Origin: Candidatus Iainarchaeum sp.
GTDB lineage: Archaea > Iainarchaeota > Iainarchaeia > Iainarchaeales > VGJJ01
Assembly: GCA_030688545.1 (NCBI GenBank)
Contig: JAUYHT010000002.1
Location: 210,001-242,000, forward strand
Reading direction: 5' to 3'
Length of the DNA: 32,000 nt
In this document: piece after piece, positions 7,954 to 15,575 of the stretch
Layout: the number at the start of each line of letters is the position of its first letter
Numbering within the stretch: the first letter of the stretch is position 1
The notes under the pieces: generated by a model
Database searches by the model: none
Told to the model about the DNA's origin: nothing
Seen by the model: the letters and a program-made list of their open reading frames with translations, nothing else
Program-made: the position numbers and the translations under genes

Positions 7954-8427
7954 TCATTCGTTGAGATCGCCCAACTCATGAATCTGGTTGCGCAAATCGT
8001 CCACGCGCTTCTTGGACACTTGCATCATGGCCATGGCGGCATCGGCCTCAGGGTCCTTAACCTCCAATTCGATGGCCCCTTTCTTGGTGCGTTTGAAGGA
8101 AACCTCTTTCCCGAAATGGTTTTGCAGATGATCCAACAAATCCTCCTCCTGAAGAATGCGCTTTAGTTTCATTGAAATGAGATTCTTGAGCTTGTTCAAT
8201 TCAAGGATATGGGATTCCACTTCCTGCAACGCGTCTTCGGTTTTGGCCGCTGAAAATTTCACGGGAATGGGTTCAAGACCCGCATCCATCACCGTATCCA
8301 GCAATTTCTCGTGCTTGGCATGCAATTTCTCCGCGACGCGGGTGAATGAATCAATGTCCTGGTCGATCTTCTTGAGGAGGGATTTCAACACCTCCTCCCT
8401 CTGTTTCAAGGGCTTGTCGGATGGCAT
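7954..8427 (-). CDS. Hypothetical coiled-coil protein
   Basis: 157 aa from ATG 8427 (MPSDKPLKQ...). A CTTTTTATTGG box lies 26 nt upstream. The sequence is heptad-like and rich in K, E and L. Confidence 0.55.
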   Translation of the reverse strand: MPSDKPLKQREEVLKSLLKKIDQDIDSFTRVAEKLHAKHEKLLDTVMDAGLEPIPVKFSAAKTEDALQEVESHILELNKLKNLISMKLKRILQEEDLLDHLQNHFGKEVSFKRTKKGAIELEVKDPEADAAMAMMQVSKKRVDDLRNQIHELGDLNE

Positions 8428-8470
8428 GAGAAAAATATGAATCCCCCCAATAAAAAGGATCCGTTTTCCC

Positions 8471-9031
8471 CTAAAACGTGTGCTTGATCCACATCCCAAT
8501 GGCCACGCCGAATAGGATAAGGGAAATCCCTAAAACCAAACTTTCAAAGAGCATGCCGGTGGAGAACCATTCCATCCCTAACTGGGAAACATTCCGGGCT
8601 ACCTCGGGGGCCGCTGGCATCAGGGTGTCATTAGCGGTGGTGGCCATTGACGAAAAACCCTCGTTGGCTCCCGGGCCGTTGACCCAAGGTAAAAAGCGCT
8701 GAGACAACAAATAGGCTGCCCCCATCACCCCAACAATAGAGGAGCCCAACAACACAAGAATACGCTTATCCGCCGGTTGGAGAAGGGCCTTCCCTTTCAC
8801 GGTTAATTCAATATACTTCCATTTGTGCCCATCATCCATTTCTCGTACCAACCCCGCGCGCGCGAGGATATCCACGTGCTCCTTAATCGTCGGGGCGGCC
8901 ACCCCTATTTCTTTGGCCAATTCACTCTGGGTCTTCCGGCGCAGGAGTAAGGCTTTCAATACAGAAATACGCGTGTCCCCCGCGAGGGCCTTGAAGACAT
9001 CCTTATCCAATGTGATCTCGGAGGTACTCAT
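8471..9031 (-). CDS. ArsR-family wHTH regulator fused to a C-terminal membrane domain
   Basis: It contains LAGDTRISVLKALLLRRKTQSELAKEIGVAAPTIKEHVDILARAGLV, followed by hydrophobic segments (ILVLLGSSIVGVMGAAYLL, LVLGISLILFGVAIGMWI). Confidence 0.75.
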   Translation of the reverse strand: MSTSEITLDKDVFKALAGDTRISVLKALLLRRKTQSELAKEIGVAAPTIKEHVDILARAGLVREMDDGHKWKYIELTVKGKALLQPADKRILVLLGSSIVGVMGAAYLLSQRFLPWVNGPGANEGFSSMATTANDTLMPAAPEVARNVSQLGMEWFSTGMLFESLVLGISLILFGVAIGMWIKHTF

Positions 9032-9129
9032 ACAATAAACGTGGACCGACGCCTTAAAATGCCGCTCGAAAACCCAGGGAAAAACCTGACCACGCCCGGT
9101 TTTAAATAGCGCAACCTGGAAAGGAAACC

Positions 9130-10440
9130 ATGCCCACCCCCACCTTCGAAACCGCCTTCGCCGGGAAAGACACCATTATCGGCCGCTCGGACGCCGATGT
9201 GAAACTATATGGCGAGGATGGAACGGCCTACATCGGCAAGATGGTCATGTCCTCCGGGGAAAACCCCGTGTTGGGGAGAAAGGTATTAATGGATGTGGCC
9301 AAACCCCATGTGGTGCTGATCTGCGGCAAGAGGGGCGAGGGAAAATCCTATTCTTTAGCCGTCCTCCTTGAAGAATTCTCCCGCTTGACTCCTTCTATTC
9401 GCCAGCGCACCGCGGTGATCGCCGTGGACATGGTGGGAATATTCTGGACCCTCAAAATTCCTAATCACCCGGAAGCCAAGGAGTTGAAAGAGTGGGGATT
9501 GTCGCCCGACGCTATCCCCGTACGCGTACTGGTGCCCAAAGGAAAACTCCCTTTCTACCGCGAAAAAGATATTCCAGTGGATGACGCCTTCACCCTGCGC
9601 GTAAGCGAATTGGACATCACGGAATGGATGGCCATGTTCAAATATTCGTGGCGCGATCCTGAAGCCATCCTATTAGGACGCGTGCTCGATACCTTGAAAG
9701 AAAAACTGGGCACGCGCTTCGGGATGGAGGATATCTTCCACGCCATCGAAATAGATTCTGACACTGAAAACTTAACCAAACACGCCCTGAAAAACCGGCT
9801 CGGGATGACCAAAGAGTGGGGGTTGCTTGAAAAAGAAGGCACGCGCCTCGCTGACATCGCCCAACCCGGAACCATCACCATCATCGATGTCTCCGCGTAC
9901 CGCCAAGCCATCGGGATGGAGGGGACAAAGGATATTATCGTCGCGCTTCTGGGAAAAAAGCTCTTCGAAGAACGCATGCTCTACCGCAAGGAAGAAGAAA
10001 TCCGACTCATGAAGGGGATGGGCCGGCAGAGCGCGATGCCCATCGTCTGGCTGATGATCGATGAAGCACACATGTTCATGCCCAAGGATGAAGATAACAT
10101 CGCCACGAATGTGTTATTAGAATGGGTGCGCGTGGGACGCCAGCCCGGATTAAGTTTGGTTTTAGCCACGCAACGTCCCAACAAACTCCACCCCGATGCC
10201 ATCTCGCAATGCGACCTATTCATCTCCCACCGCATGACCTCACAAGAAGATATCCTCGCAGTGTCGCAACTGAGACCATCCTACATGCACGGGGATTTCG
10301 ATAAATTGTATGGCACCATGCCCCGAGGAAGGGGATTCGCCCTCATCCTCGACGACAACGCTGAAACCATCTACACCGTGAAGATCCGCCCCCGCCTGAC
10401 CTGGGATGGGGGAACGACGGCGAGCGCATTCACGAAATGA
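9130..10440 (+). CDS. HerA/FtsK-superfamily (DUF87-like) ATPase
   Basis: It has Walker A CGKRGEGKS, Walker B VWLMIDEAH, the LATQRP motif and DLFISHRMTSQED. A TATA-like TTTTAAATA box lies 26 nt upstream of the ATG. Confidence 0.8.
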   Translation: MPTPTFETAFAGKDTIIGRSDADVKLYGEDGTAYIGKMVMSSGENPVLGRKVLMDVAKPHVVLICGKRGEGKSYSLAVLLEEFSRLTPSIRQRTAVIAVDMVGIFWTLKIPNHPEAKELKEWGLSPDAIPVRVLVPKGKLPFYREKDIPVDDAFTLRVSELDITEWMAMFKYSWRDPEAILLGRVLDTLKEKLGTRFGMEDIFHAIEIDSDTENLTKHALKNRLGMTKEWGLLEKEGTRLADIAQPGTITIIDVSAYRQAIGMEGTKDIIVALLGKKLFEERMLYRKEEEIRLMKGMGRQSAMPIVWLMIDEAHMFMPKDEDNIATNVLLEWVRVGRQPGLSLVLATQRPNKLHPDAISQCDLFISHRMTSQEDILAVSQLRPSYMHGDFDKLYGTMPRGRGFALILDDNAETIYTVKIRPRLTWDGGTTASAFTK

Positions 10441-10518
10441 CTTCCCCCCGACCTAAAGGCCAGGGTATCCATGGTGCGCATGAACATCATCCGGCTCGCG
10501 TGATCGCTCGCCCAACAC

Positions 10519-10536
10519 GGGCGACGCATGTCGCCC
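10519..10536. terminator. GC-rich hairpin GGGCGAC-GCAT-GTCGCCC downstream of the ATPase gene
   Basis: Perfect 7-bp inverted repeat, read directly. Confidence 0.3.
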
Positions 10537-10555
10537 TAAATGGCGAGGTATCAAC

Positions 10556-10586
10556 CTTTTTCGCCGGCCTTTTTTCTAAAAAGGCC
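10556..10586. repeat. Inverted copy of the palindromic repeat family (TTTTTCGCCGGCC + GGCCTTTTT-TCT-AAAAAGGCC)
   Basis: Its reverse complement reads GGCCTTTTTAGAAAAAAGGCCGGCGAAAAA. This shares the TTTTTAGAAAAAA core and the GGCCGGCGAAAAA tail with 2202-2296. Confidence 0.7.
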
Positions 10587-10657
10587 GAATGAAACTGAAC
10601 CCTTTCAATTCCCGTCCCAATAGGCCTTAAAAAAGCCCTGGGGGTGGAGTGGAGTAT

Positions 10658-11965
10658 ATGCCCCCATCCCGCCTCCAGAAATGGATAGGTCATTCCCTCT
10701 TCCCTTTTTTCTATTTGGGCGGCCTCCTCCTCCTGGGGTTGTTGACCTTTTTTGGTCCGCTTCAGTGGATATTGGTTGGGTTCAATATTCTCCTCCTTTA
10801 CATTGCGTGCTTCTTCCTTCTCAGTTATTTCGAGTGGGAGACCCAACCGGTGCCAACGTTAGTCAAATGGCCCATGCTGAGCATCCTCATCCCCGCCTAC
10901 AACCGGGGAGAAAGTCTCCGCACCTGCCTCCAACACGTGCTCGCAATGGAGTACCCGGGAAAGAAAGAGATCATCGTGCTCAATGATGCCTCCACCGATC
11001 AAACACGGGAAATACTGAAAACGTTTGAAGGAAAAATTCAAATCATCCATTTCAAGAAGAACCAAGGGAAAGCCCGCATTCTCAACCATGGGTTAACGCT
11101 CGTGAAAGGGACATTCGTCGCGGTCATTGATGGAGACTCTTATCCAAGAAAAGACGCCTTCCTGTATGCCATCCCCCATTTGGTCACCCAGGAAAAAATA
11201 GGGGCCGTCACCACCATCGTGCGCGTGCACAACAACCATGGATGGTTGCCCCGCATCCAGGAGATGGAATATTTCCTATCCTTTGGTCTGCACAACAACA
11301 TGCTTTCTTCTCATGATGGGGTGTATGTAACCCCGGGACCATTCACCGTATACCGAAAAAAAGCCCTGGACGAGATGGGGGGCTATGATATCCACAACAT
11401 CACGGAAGACATGGAGATTACCTTCCACCTGCACGCCATTGGATACCAAGTACTCGTGGAGCCCCGCGCGCAAGTATATACTGATGTACCTGATACTCTT
11501 CCCAAGCTCTGGCGGCAGCGCAACCGCTGGAGCTATGGCAGCTGGCAGACCATGTTCAAATACCGAAAAGAACTCTTCTCTCCCACCAAATCATTCTTCT
11601 ATTTCTTCTTCCCCCAGCGCCTCATCATGGAGGGGAGTTCGGTCATATTTCTCTTCATGCTTATCCGAATGGGGGCTGATGCCTTCAACCAAATCACTCA
11701 AACCTATTTCTCATGGGCCTCCATAGGATTTGAACAGATTGCCGTACCATCATTCTATGTGACGGGAACCCTTTTCCTGTATTGGACCCTCATCCTCATG
11801 TGGGTGGTGCTGCTGGCCCTCGGCATTCACATCGCCCGGGCCTCCTTCGATTGGCGATCCCTTCCCAGCCTCATCATATTTGTCACGGCCTATGGCCTAT
11901 TTATCATCACTGTGCAGGCCTACAGCCTCGCCCGCGTGGTAATGGGGGGAAAACAGGCATGGTGA
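10658..11965 (+). CDS. Family 2 glycosyltransferase, membrane-integral processive synthase type (NodC/PgaC/cellulose-synthase-like)
   Basis: It has ILIPAYN, VLNDASTDQT, VIDGDSYP, ITEDMEITF and QRNRW (the QxxRW motif). TM segments flank the catalytic domain. The ORF track starts at GTG 10649, and ATG 10658 fits a CTTAAAAAAG box 28 nt upstream. Confidence 0.85.
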   Translation: MPPSRLQKWIGHSLFPFFYLGGLLLLGLLTFFGPLQWILVGFNILLLYIACFFLLSYFEWETQPVPTLVKWPMLSILIPAYNRGESLRTCLQHVLAMEYPGKKEIIVLNDASTDQTREILKTFEGKIQIIHFKKNQGKARILNHGLTLVKGTFVAVIDGDSYPRKDAFLYAIPHLVTQEKIGAVTTIVRVHNNHGWLPRIQEMEYFLSFGLHNNMLSSHDGVYVTPGPFTVYRKKALDEMGGYDIHNITEDMEITFHLHAIGYQVLVEPRAQVYTDVPDTLPKLWRQRNRWSYGSWQTMFKYRKELFSPTKSFFYFFFPQRLIMEGSSVIFLFMLIRMGADAFNQITQTYFSWASIGFEQIAVPSFYVTGTLFLYWTLILMWVVLLALGIHIARASFDWRSLPSLIIFVTAYGLFIITVQAYSLARVVMGGKQAW

Positions 11966-12606
11966 ATATTTATGCCCGCGCGCTCCTCCTCACTATCCTA
12001 ATTGTGGGGGCATGGGTGGTATTCTCGTATTCCTTCGAGGGCCAACGCAATGCCGATTTGCTCTCCCAAATCGATTCAGTCATAACCCAAGAGGCAGCTA
12101 CAAGATCCTATCTGGATTACCTCGAGAGCAGAGGAGAGGAGGAACGCTATTGCCAAGTATTTCAGACCCACATCCAACAGCAGAATGAGAAACTCTTCCC
12201 CTTGCTCGCGTCCCTCGAGGAGGCCAGCCACAATGCCCTCGCCAATGATTACATCAAGGTTCGCCAGCGATTCCAATCCGCCAATGCCCAATTATTCTTT
12301 TCTCTCAAACTATACCAAATCAAATGCCCGTCATCCGAGGCGCTGCAGCGACCCATCCTCTATTTTTTCCCCGATAACGCCCCGTGCTCGGATTGCCTTT
12401 TACAATCCCAAATACTGGATGACGTGCGCGATACCTGCAAAACACCAATCCAAATTTTTGCCTTTCCTGTGAAGGGGGGCATTGAGACGGTGGATCTTTT
12501 GGTCACCGATTACCAGATTACCCATACTCCTTCCCTGGTCATCGATGACGTGGTTTACCCGGGCGTCCAAACCCGTACCGCTATCCAGGAATTATTGGCG
12601 TGCTGA
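11959..12606 (+). CDS. Membrane-anchored thioredoxin-fold protein (CSDC active-site-like motif)
   Basis: It starts at MVNIYARALLLTILIVGAWVV, with an ATGGTGA overlap onto the GT2 stop. It has PILYFFPDNAPCSDC followed by THTPSLVIDDVVYPG, a cis-Pro-like TP motif. Confidence 0.6.
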   Translation: MVNIYARALLLTILIVGAWVVFSYSFEGQRNADLLSQIDSVITQEAATRSYLDYLESRGEEERYCQVFQTHIQQQNEKLFPLLASLEEASHNALANDYIKVRQRFQSANAQLFFSLKLYQIKCPSSEALQRPILYFFPDNAPCSDCLLQSQILDDVRDTCKTPIQIFAFPVKGGIETVDLLVTDYQITHTPSLVIDDVVYPGVQTRTAIQELLAC

Positions 12607-12611
12607 AGGGG

Positions 12612-12950
12612 ATGGTTTATTTAGGAGCCTTTCTTCCCCTCGGAATGGTTTTCCTGGAATCCGGGGAAGTGATGCTATTATTCATCGCGGCGTTAGGATA
12701 TATCCCTGTTGTCTGGACATATCGCCACAACCCGGAAACCAAACTCTTCACGTGGGGGTATTCCCTGCTCCTTTTGGGATTAGTATCGGCCATCCTGGGA
12801 ACATTTCTCTGGCCAACCATTTTTGAGATCCTCGAACATGGAATGGGTATTCTCCTGCCCGCCATCCTCTTTTTCCTCTACGCGCAACGAAATTACCACA
12901 AGAGCGTCTTCCTCCGAAAGAAGATGGAAGAGCTGGATGACGGGAGCTGA
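12612..12950 (+). CDS. Small multi-pass membrane protein
   Basis: It has about 4 hydrophobic segments. The alternative GTG start at 12600 overlaps the upstream stop. No family recognised. Confidence 0.5.
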   Translation: MVYLGAFLPLGMVFLESGEVMLLFIAALGYIPVVWTYRHNPETKLFTWGYSLLLLGLVSAILGTFLWPTIFEILEHGMGILLPAILFFLYAQRNYHKSVFLRKKMEELDDGS

Positions 12951-12955
12951 AACGA

Positions 12956-13249
12956 ATGATCGACCTCATCCTCGCTACCGACATCCTGGCGGTGCCCCTG
13001 TTCCTGGGTGCCTTCATCTACGCCTGGAAGAGTGTGCCCCACATGGAGGAAAAGATTGCCTATTGGGTCATATTCGCATTCGGGATGCTCACCATGTTCG
13101 GGTGGAACCTCGCGCTCGTGCTTGAAACGCTTGGCTACGCCGCTCCCATCGTGGCGGCCTGGAAAATCCCCATCATCGCCAACGCCATCACCAACCTCAT
13201 CATCTGCTCCATCCTCGCCTTCATCGACTATGCCCGGCCATTCGATTAA
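12956..13249 (+). CDS. Small multi-pass membrane protein
   Basis: 97 aa with 3 hydrophobic segments, starting 5 nt after the previous stop. Confidence 0.5.
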   Translation: MIDLILATDILAVPLFLGAFIYAWKSVPHMEEKIAYWVIFAFGMLTMFGWNLALVLETLGYAAPIVAAWKIPIIANAITNLIICSILAFIDYARPFD

Positions 13250-13275
13250 AAATCTAAAATAATTCAGGACCAGAA

Positions 13276-13295
13276 AGACCCAAGCAGAATTGAAC
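13276..13295 (-). pseudogene. Decayed copy of the tRNA-Val T-loop/3' acceptor segment
   Basis: The minus strand reads GTTCAATTCTGCTTGGGTCT versus tRNA GTTCAACTCTGCCCGGGCCT. Extended by one base this is 16 of 21 identical, and 4 of the differences are C-to-T. It lies about 60-80 nt 3' of the tRNA. Confidence 0.4.
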
Positions 13296-13355
13296 ATGGT
13301 CCAGTTTCGATTGGACCAACCGAAGACTACCATCGAGGATTCTTCGAATCCTCAG

Positions 13356-13427
13356 TAGGCCCGGGCAGAGTTGAACTGCCGTCTCGACCGTGTGAAGGTC
13401 GCGTGATAGCCGTTACACTACGGGCCT
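13356..13427 (-). tRNA. tRNA-Val (anticodon CAC)
   Basis: Hand-folded cloverleaf: AGGCCCG TA GTGT AACGGCTA TCAC G CGACC TTCACAC GGTCG AGAC GGCAG TTCAACT CTGCC CGGGCCT A. No CCA is encoded. Confidence 0.85.
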
Positions 13428-13524
13428 ATATTTTACTCAAAAGGAGAAAGGCGACATTTATTCCCCCTCCCATATGAAAACCCAACAAATAAGGCTTATA
13501 AAAGGGCGCGGCGTACTGGCCTCC

Positions 13525-14589
13525 ATGCGGAAAGGCATCCTCATCCTCGCGTTGCTCGTGTTTAGTGGAATGGTCTGGGCCCAAGAACTCACCTTAATTG
13601 GCCCCACTCACGTCCCCACCCTCATCCCCTTCACCTTTTTCACCGATCTTCCCCCCACGGACCAATTCAGCGAAGCTACGGTATACCTGGACGAACAACC
13701 CGCCGCCACCGCCTACCCAAGCGGTCATTGCGCAATCCTTCCTGAATGGGTGGGAAACGTTCTCTCGTGCACTATTTTCGACCGCGACCCCTCTTCCACG
13801 GGGGGATTGACTATGGTTTTCGTCCACTCCGGGTTCGCCAAGGGAGACCACCGCATCCGCGTATCCACAACCGGGAACACGAGCGCCACCCAGGAATTAT
13901 CAATCATCTCCGAGGATGTCCTGGGGGGAACCACCCTGGATAGTTTGAAAGCCAGCATGGTGGATGTGGAGAACCGCCTGCTACAAATAACCAATTCCTT
14001 AGATGAGTATACGATTACCATTCAAAACCTGCAACTGGAATTGAACACCAATCAGCAGATAGGGGAATCCCAAAGAAATAATCTGCAGCAATCATTGGAT
14101 GACGCTCGCATACAATTGGAATCCCAGCAAGGAACCATTGATGGTTTGAATGCTCAATTGCGCGCGGTCGAAAAAGAGGTCGCCAAATCATTCAAGAATC
14201 CTTTCGCAGGAGAGGAAGAAATTAACGCCCAATCGACAACCCCCCCACCCATTGTTCCAGACGATGATGAAAACAACCCTCCCGCCACGGGATTCGTTGT
14301 TGGTAACAATGCCCCCCTCATTGGACTCGGAATCCTTATTGTGGCGGGCGCATTGGTCCTATTCCATTTCCGCGGACGCCTCCCTTCAATCGGAAAAAAG
14401 AGTGGGCCCTTCTTCGAAGGAAGCATGGATGCCCTATTCAAAGGCGTTCCATCTCGCGAGGATTCTTCTCTCACCCCGCGCCGGTTCGCCAGCATATCCA
14501 GAGAGGAAGCCCGGCTGAGGAATGACGTGGAAACCAACCCTCCCGAAAAAGTCAATTTCTCCGAATTGATCCGAAAAGAACGGGACTAA
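13525..14589 (+). CDS. Secreted/membrane-anchored coiled-coil surface protein
   Basis: It has a signal-peptide-like MRKGILILALLVFSGMVWAQE, with a CTTATAAAAG box 26 nt upstream. The ORF track start at 13474 is probably too long. It also has a Q/L-rich coiled region and a TM (LIGLGILIVAGALVLF) followed by a cytoplasmic tail. Confidence 0.6.
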   Translation: MRKGILILALLVFSGMVWAQELTLIGPTHVPTLIPFTFFTDLPPTDQFSEATVYLDEQPAATAYPSGHCAILPEWVGNVLSCTIFDRDPSSTGGLTMVFVHSGFAKGDHRIRVSTTGNTSATQELSIISEDVLGGTTLDSLKASMVDVENRLLQITNSLDEYTITIQNLQLELNTNQQIGESQRNNLQQSLDDARIQLESQQGTIDGLNAQLRAVEKEVAKSFKNPFAGEEEINAQSTTPPPIVPDDDENNPPATGFVVGNNAPLIGLGILIVAGALVLFHFRGRLPSIGKKSGPFFEGSMDALFKGVPSREDSSLTPRRFASISREEARLRNDVETNPPEKVNFSELIRKERD

Positions 14590-14644
14590 TTTTCCACAAA
14601 ACCCCCCTCCTCGTTTTAATTCCTTCCAACCCATTCCATGATAC

Positions 14645-14728
14645 GCAGGGGTACCGAAGTGGACAAACGGAACGCGTTTAGGCCGCGTTGGCTTAGTGCC
14701 TTCGGAGGTTCGAATCCTCCCTCCTGCA
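14645..14728 (+). tRNA. tRNA-Leu (anticodon UAG), type II with long variable arm
   Basis: Hand fold: GCAGGGG TA CCGAAGTGGACAAACGG A ACGCG TTTAGGC CGCGT TGGCTTAGTGCCTTC GGAGG TTCGAAT CCTCC CTCCTGC A. Confidence 0.9.
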
Positions 14729-14819
14729 TGCCCAAATTCCATTTGGGCGTTCGGAATTAGGGAGGTTTCACAGAAACCTCCCGGCTAACTAGTTTTCGCC
14801 AACCTTTTCCCAAAAGGTT

Positions 14820-14843
14820 GGTTCTGAATCCTCCCTCCTGCAT
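14820..14843 (+). pseudogene. Duplicate of the tRNA-Leu(UAG) T-loop/3' acceptor end
   Basis: GGTTC-T-GAATCCTCCCTCCTGCAT matches tRNA GGTTCGAATCCTCCCTCCTGCAT (14707-14729). There is an 18-nt exact match plus a 1-nt insertion in the T-loop. No partner 5' strand is present. Confidence 0.7.
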
Positions 14844-14979
14844 CGAGGGTCTTGTTCCTCGATCCCGCTCACGTGTTATGTTTTCTGAGGACAGAAAAGT
14901 GTGTGTTTAACCTAATCTTTTAATATCATGCCAAATGGCATTCAATTACAGACATTCATCCTTTATCAGAAAAGGTCCT

Positions 14980-15225
14980 TTAGTCGTATACTCGCGGCCG
15001 CTTGTCTATTTTAGTCACCAAAACTATTTTCTCTGGATGTTTAACTTTGTAAAGAGCGCGATAGCCCCCAATCCTGAAGCGATGAACGGGTTCGCCGTTA
15101 TCCCTGGTAATAAATTTTGAATCTGAAGGAAATGGATCTTCAGATAGACGTTTTAGCCTTTCAATAATACGTTCTCGAAGATGTTTGTCTAACTTATCAA
15201 GAAACTTTTCCGCATGCTGCGACAA
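14980..15225 (-). CDS. RelE/ParE-family toxin
   Basis: It has FRIGGYRALYKVKHPEKIVLVTKIDKRPRVY, the RIGDYRxIY...HR..vY pattern. The listed start is TTG. The in-frame upstream residues IYAVH suggest the true start may be a few codons earlier. Confidence 0.8.
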   Translation of the reverse strand: MSQHAEKFLDKLDKHLRERIIERLKRLSEDPFPSDSKFITRDNGEPVHRFRIGGYRALYKVKHPEKIVLVTKIDKRPRVYD

Positions 15226-15241
15226 ATGAACAGCATAGATA

Positions 15242-15415
15242 CTATATCAGCCTCTTTGTCTTTCCTACTTTCAAATCTTTTTCAGCTTCCTTAATAGACT
15301 CTACATCATCATCAGTTAATACCAGATCAAAATCTACCAAGCGTCCTTTAATGAAGTCTAAGTCGCTACGAATATTTTTGAGTTCTTTCAAAATCGCCTT
15401 CGTTTCCGTTTCCAT
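15242..15415 (-). CDS. Small antitoxin partner of the RelE-like toxin
   Basis: 57 aa from ATG 15415 (METETKAILKELKNIRSDL...). A TTTTTTAAG box lies 27 nt upstream, and the stop lies 16 nt before the toxin start. Confidence 0.6.
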   Translation of the reverse strand: METETKAILKELKNIRSDLDFIKGRLVDFDLVLTDDDVESIKEAEKDLKVGKTKRLI

Positions 15416-15575
15416 AATAATTATCTCATACTTTTGACTTAAAAAACTATACACCAAAAAGACCTTTTCAGACTGATTTTATTAGGTTGTTTTGAAGCTT
15501 TATCTCACCATTTTTTCATTATTGTAAAATAACCCCCCTGACGATGGAAGTAATTAAATTCCTGAAATACTTCTG

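Noticed and set aside
10487-10846. 119-aa minus-strand ORF across the GT2 promoter and start region.
   Set aside because: It overlaps the well-supported GT2 N-terminus and the palindromic repeat. Its translation is low-complexity and has no recognisable motif.
13337-13347. An 11-mer, GGATTCTTCGA, shared between the tRNA-Val trailer hairpin (13337-13347) and the 27404-27414 hairpin.
   Set aside because: Exact 11-mer matches are expected many times by chance in 32 kb on two strands. This is not evidence of a repeat family.
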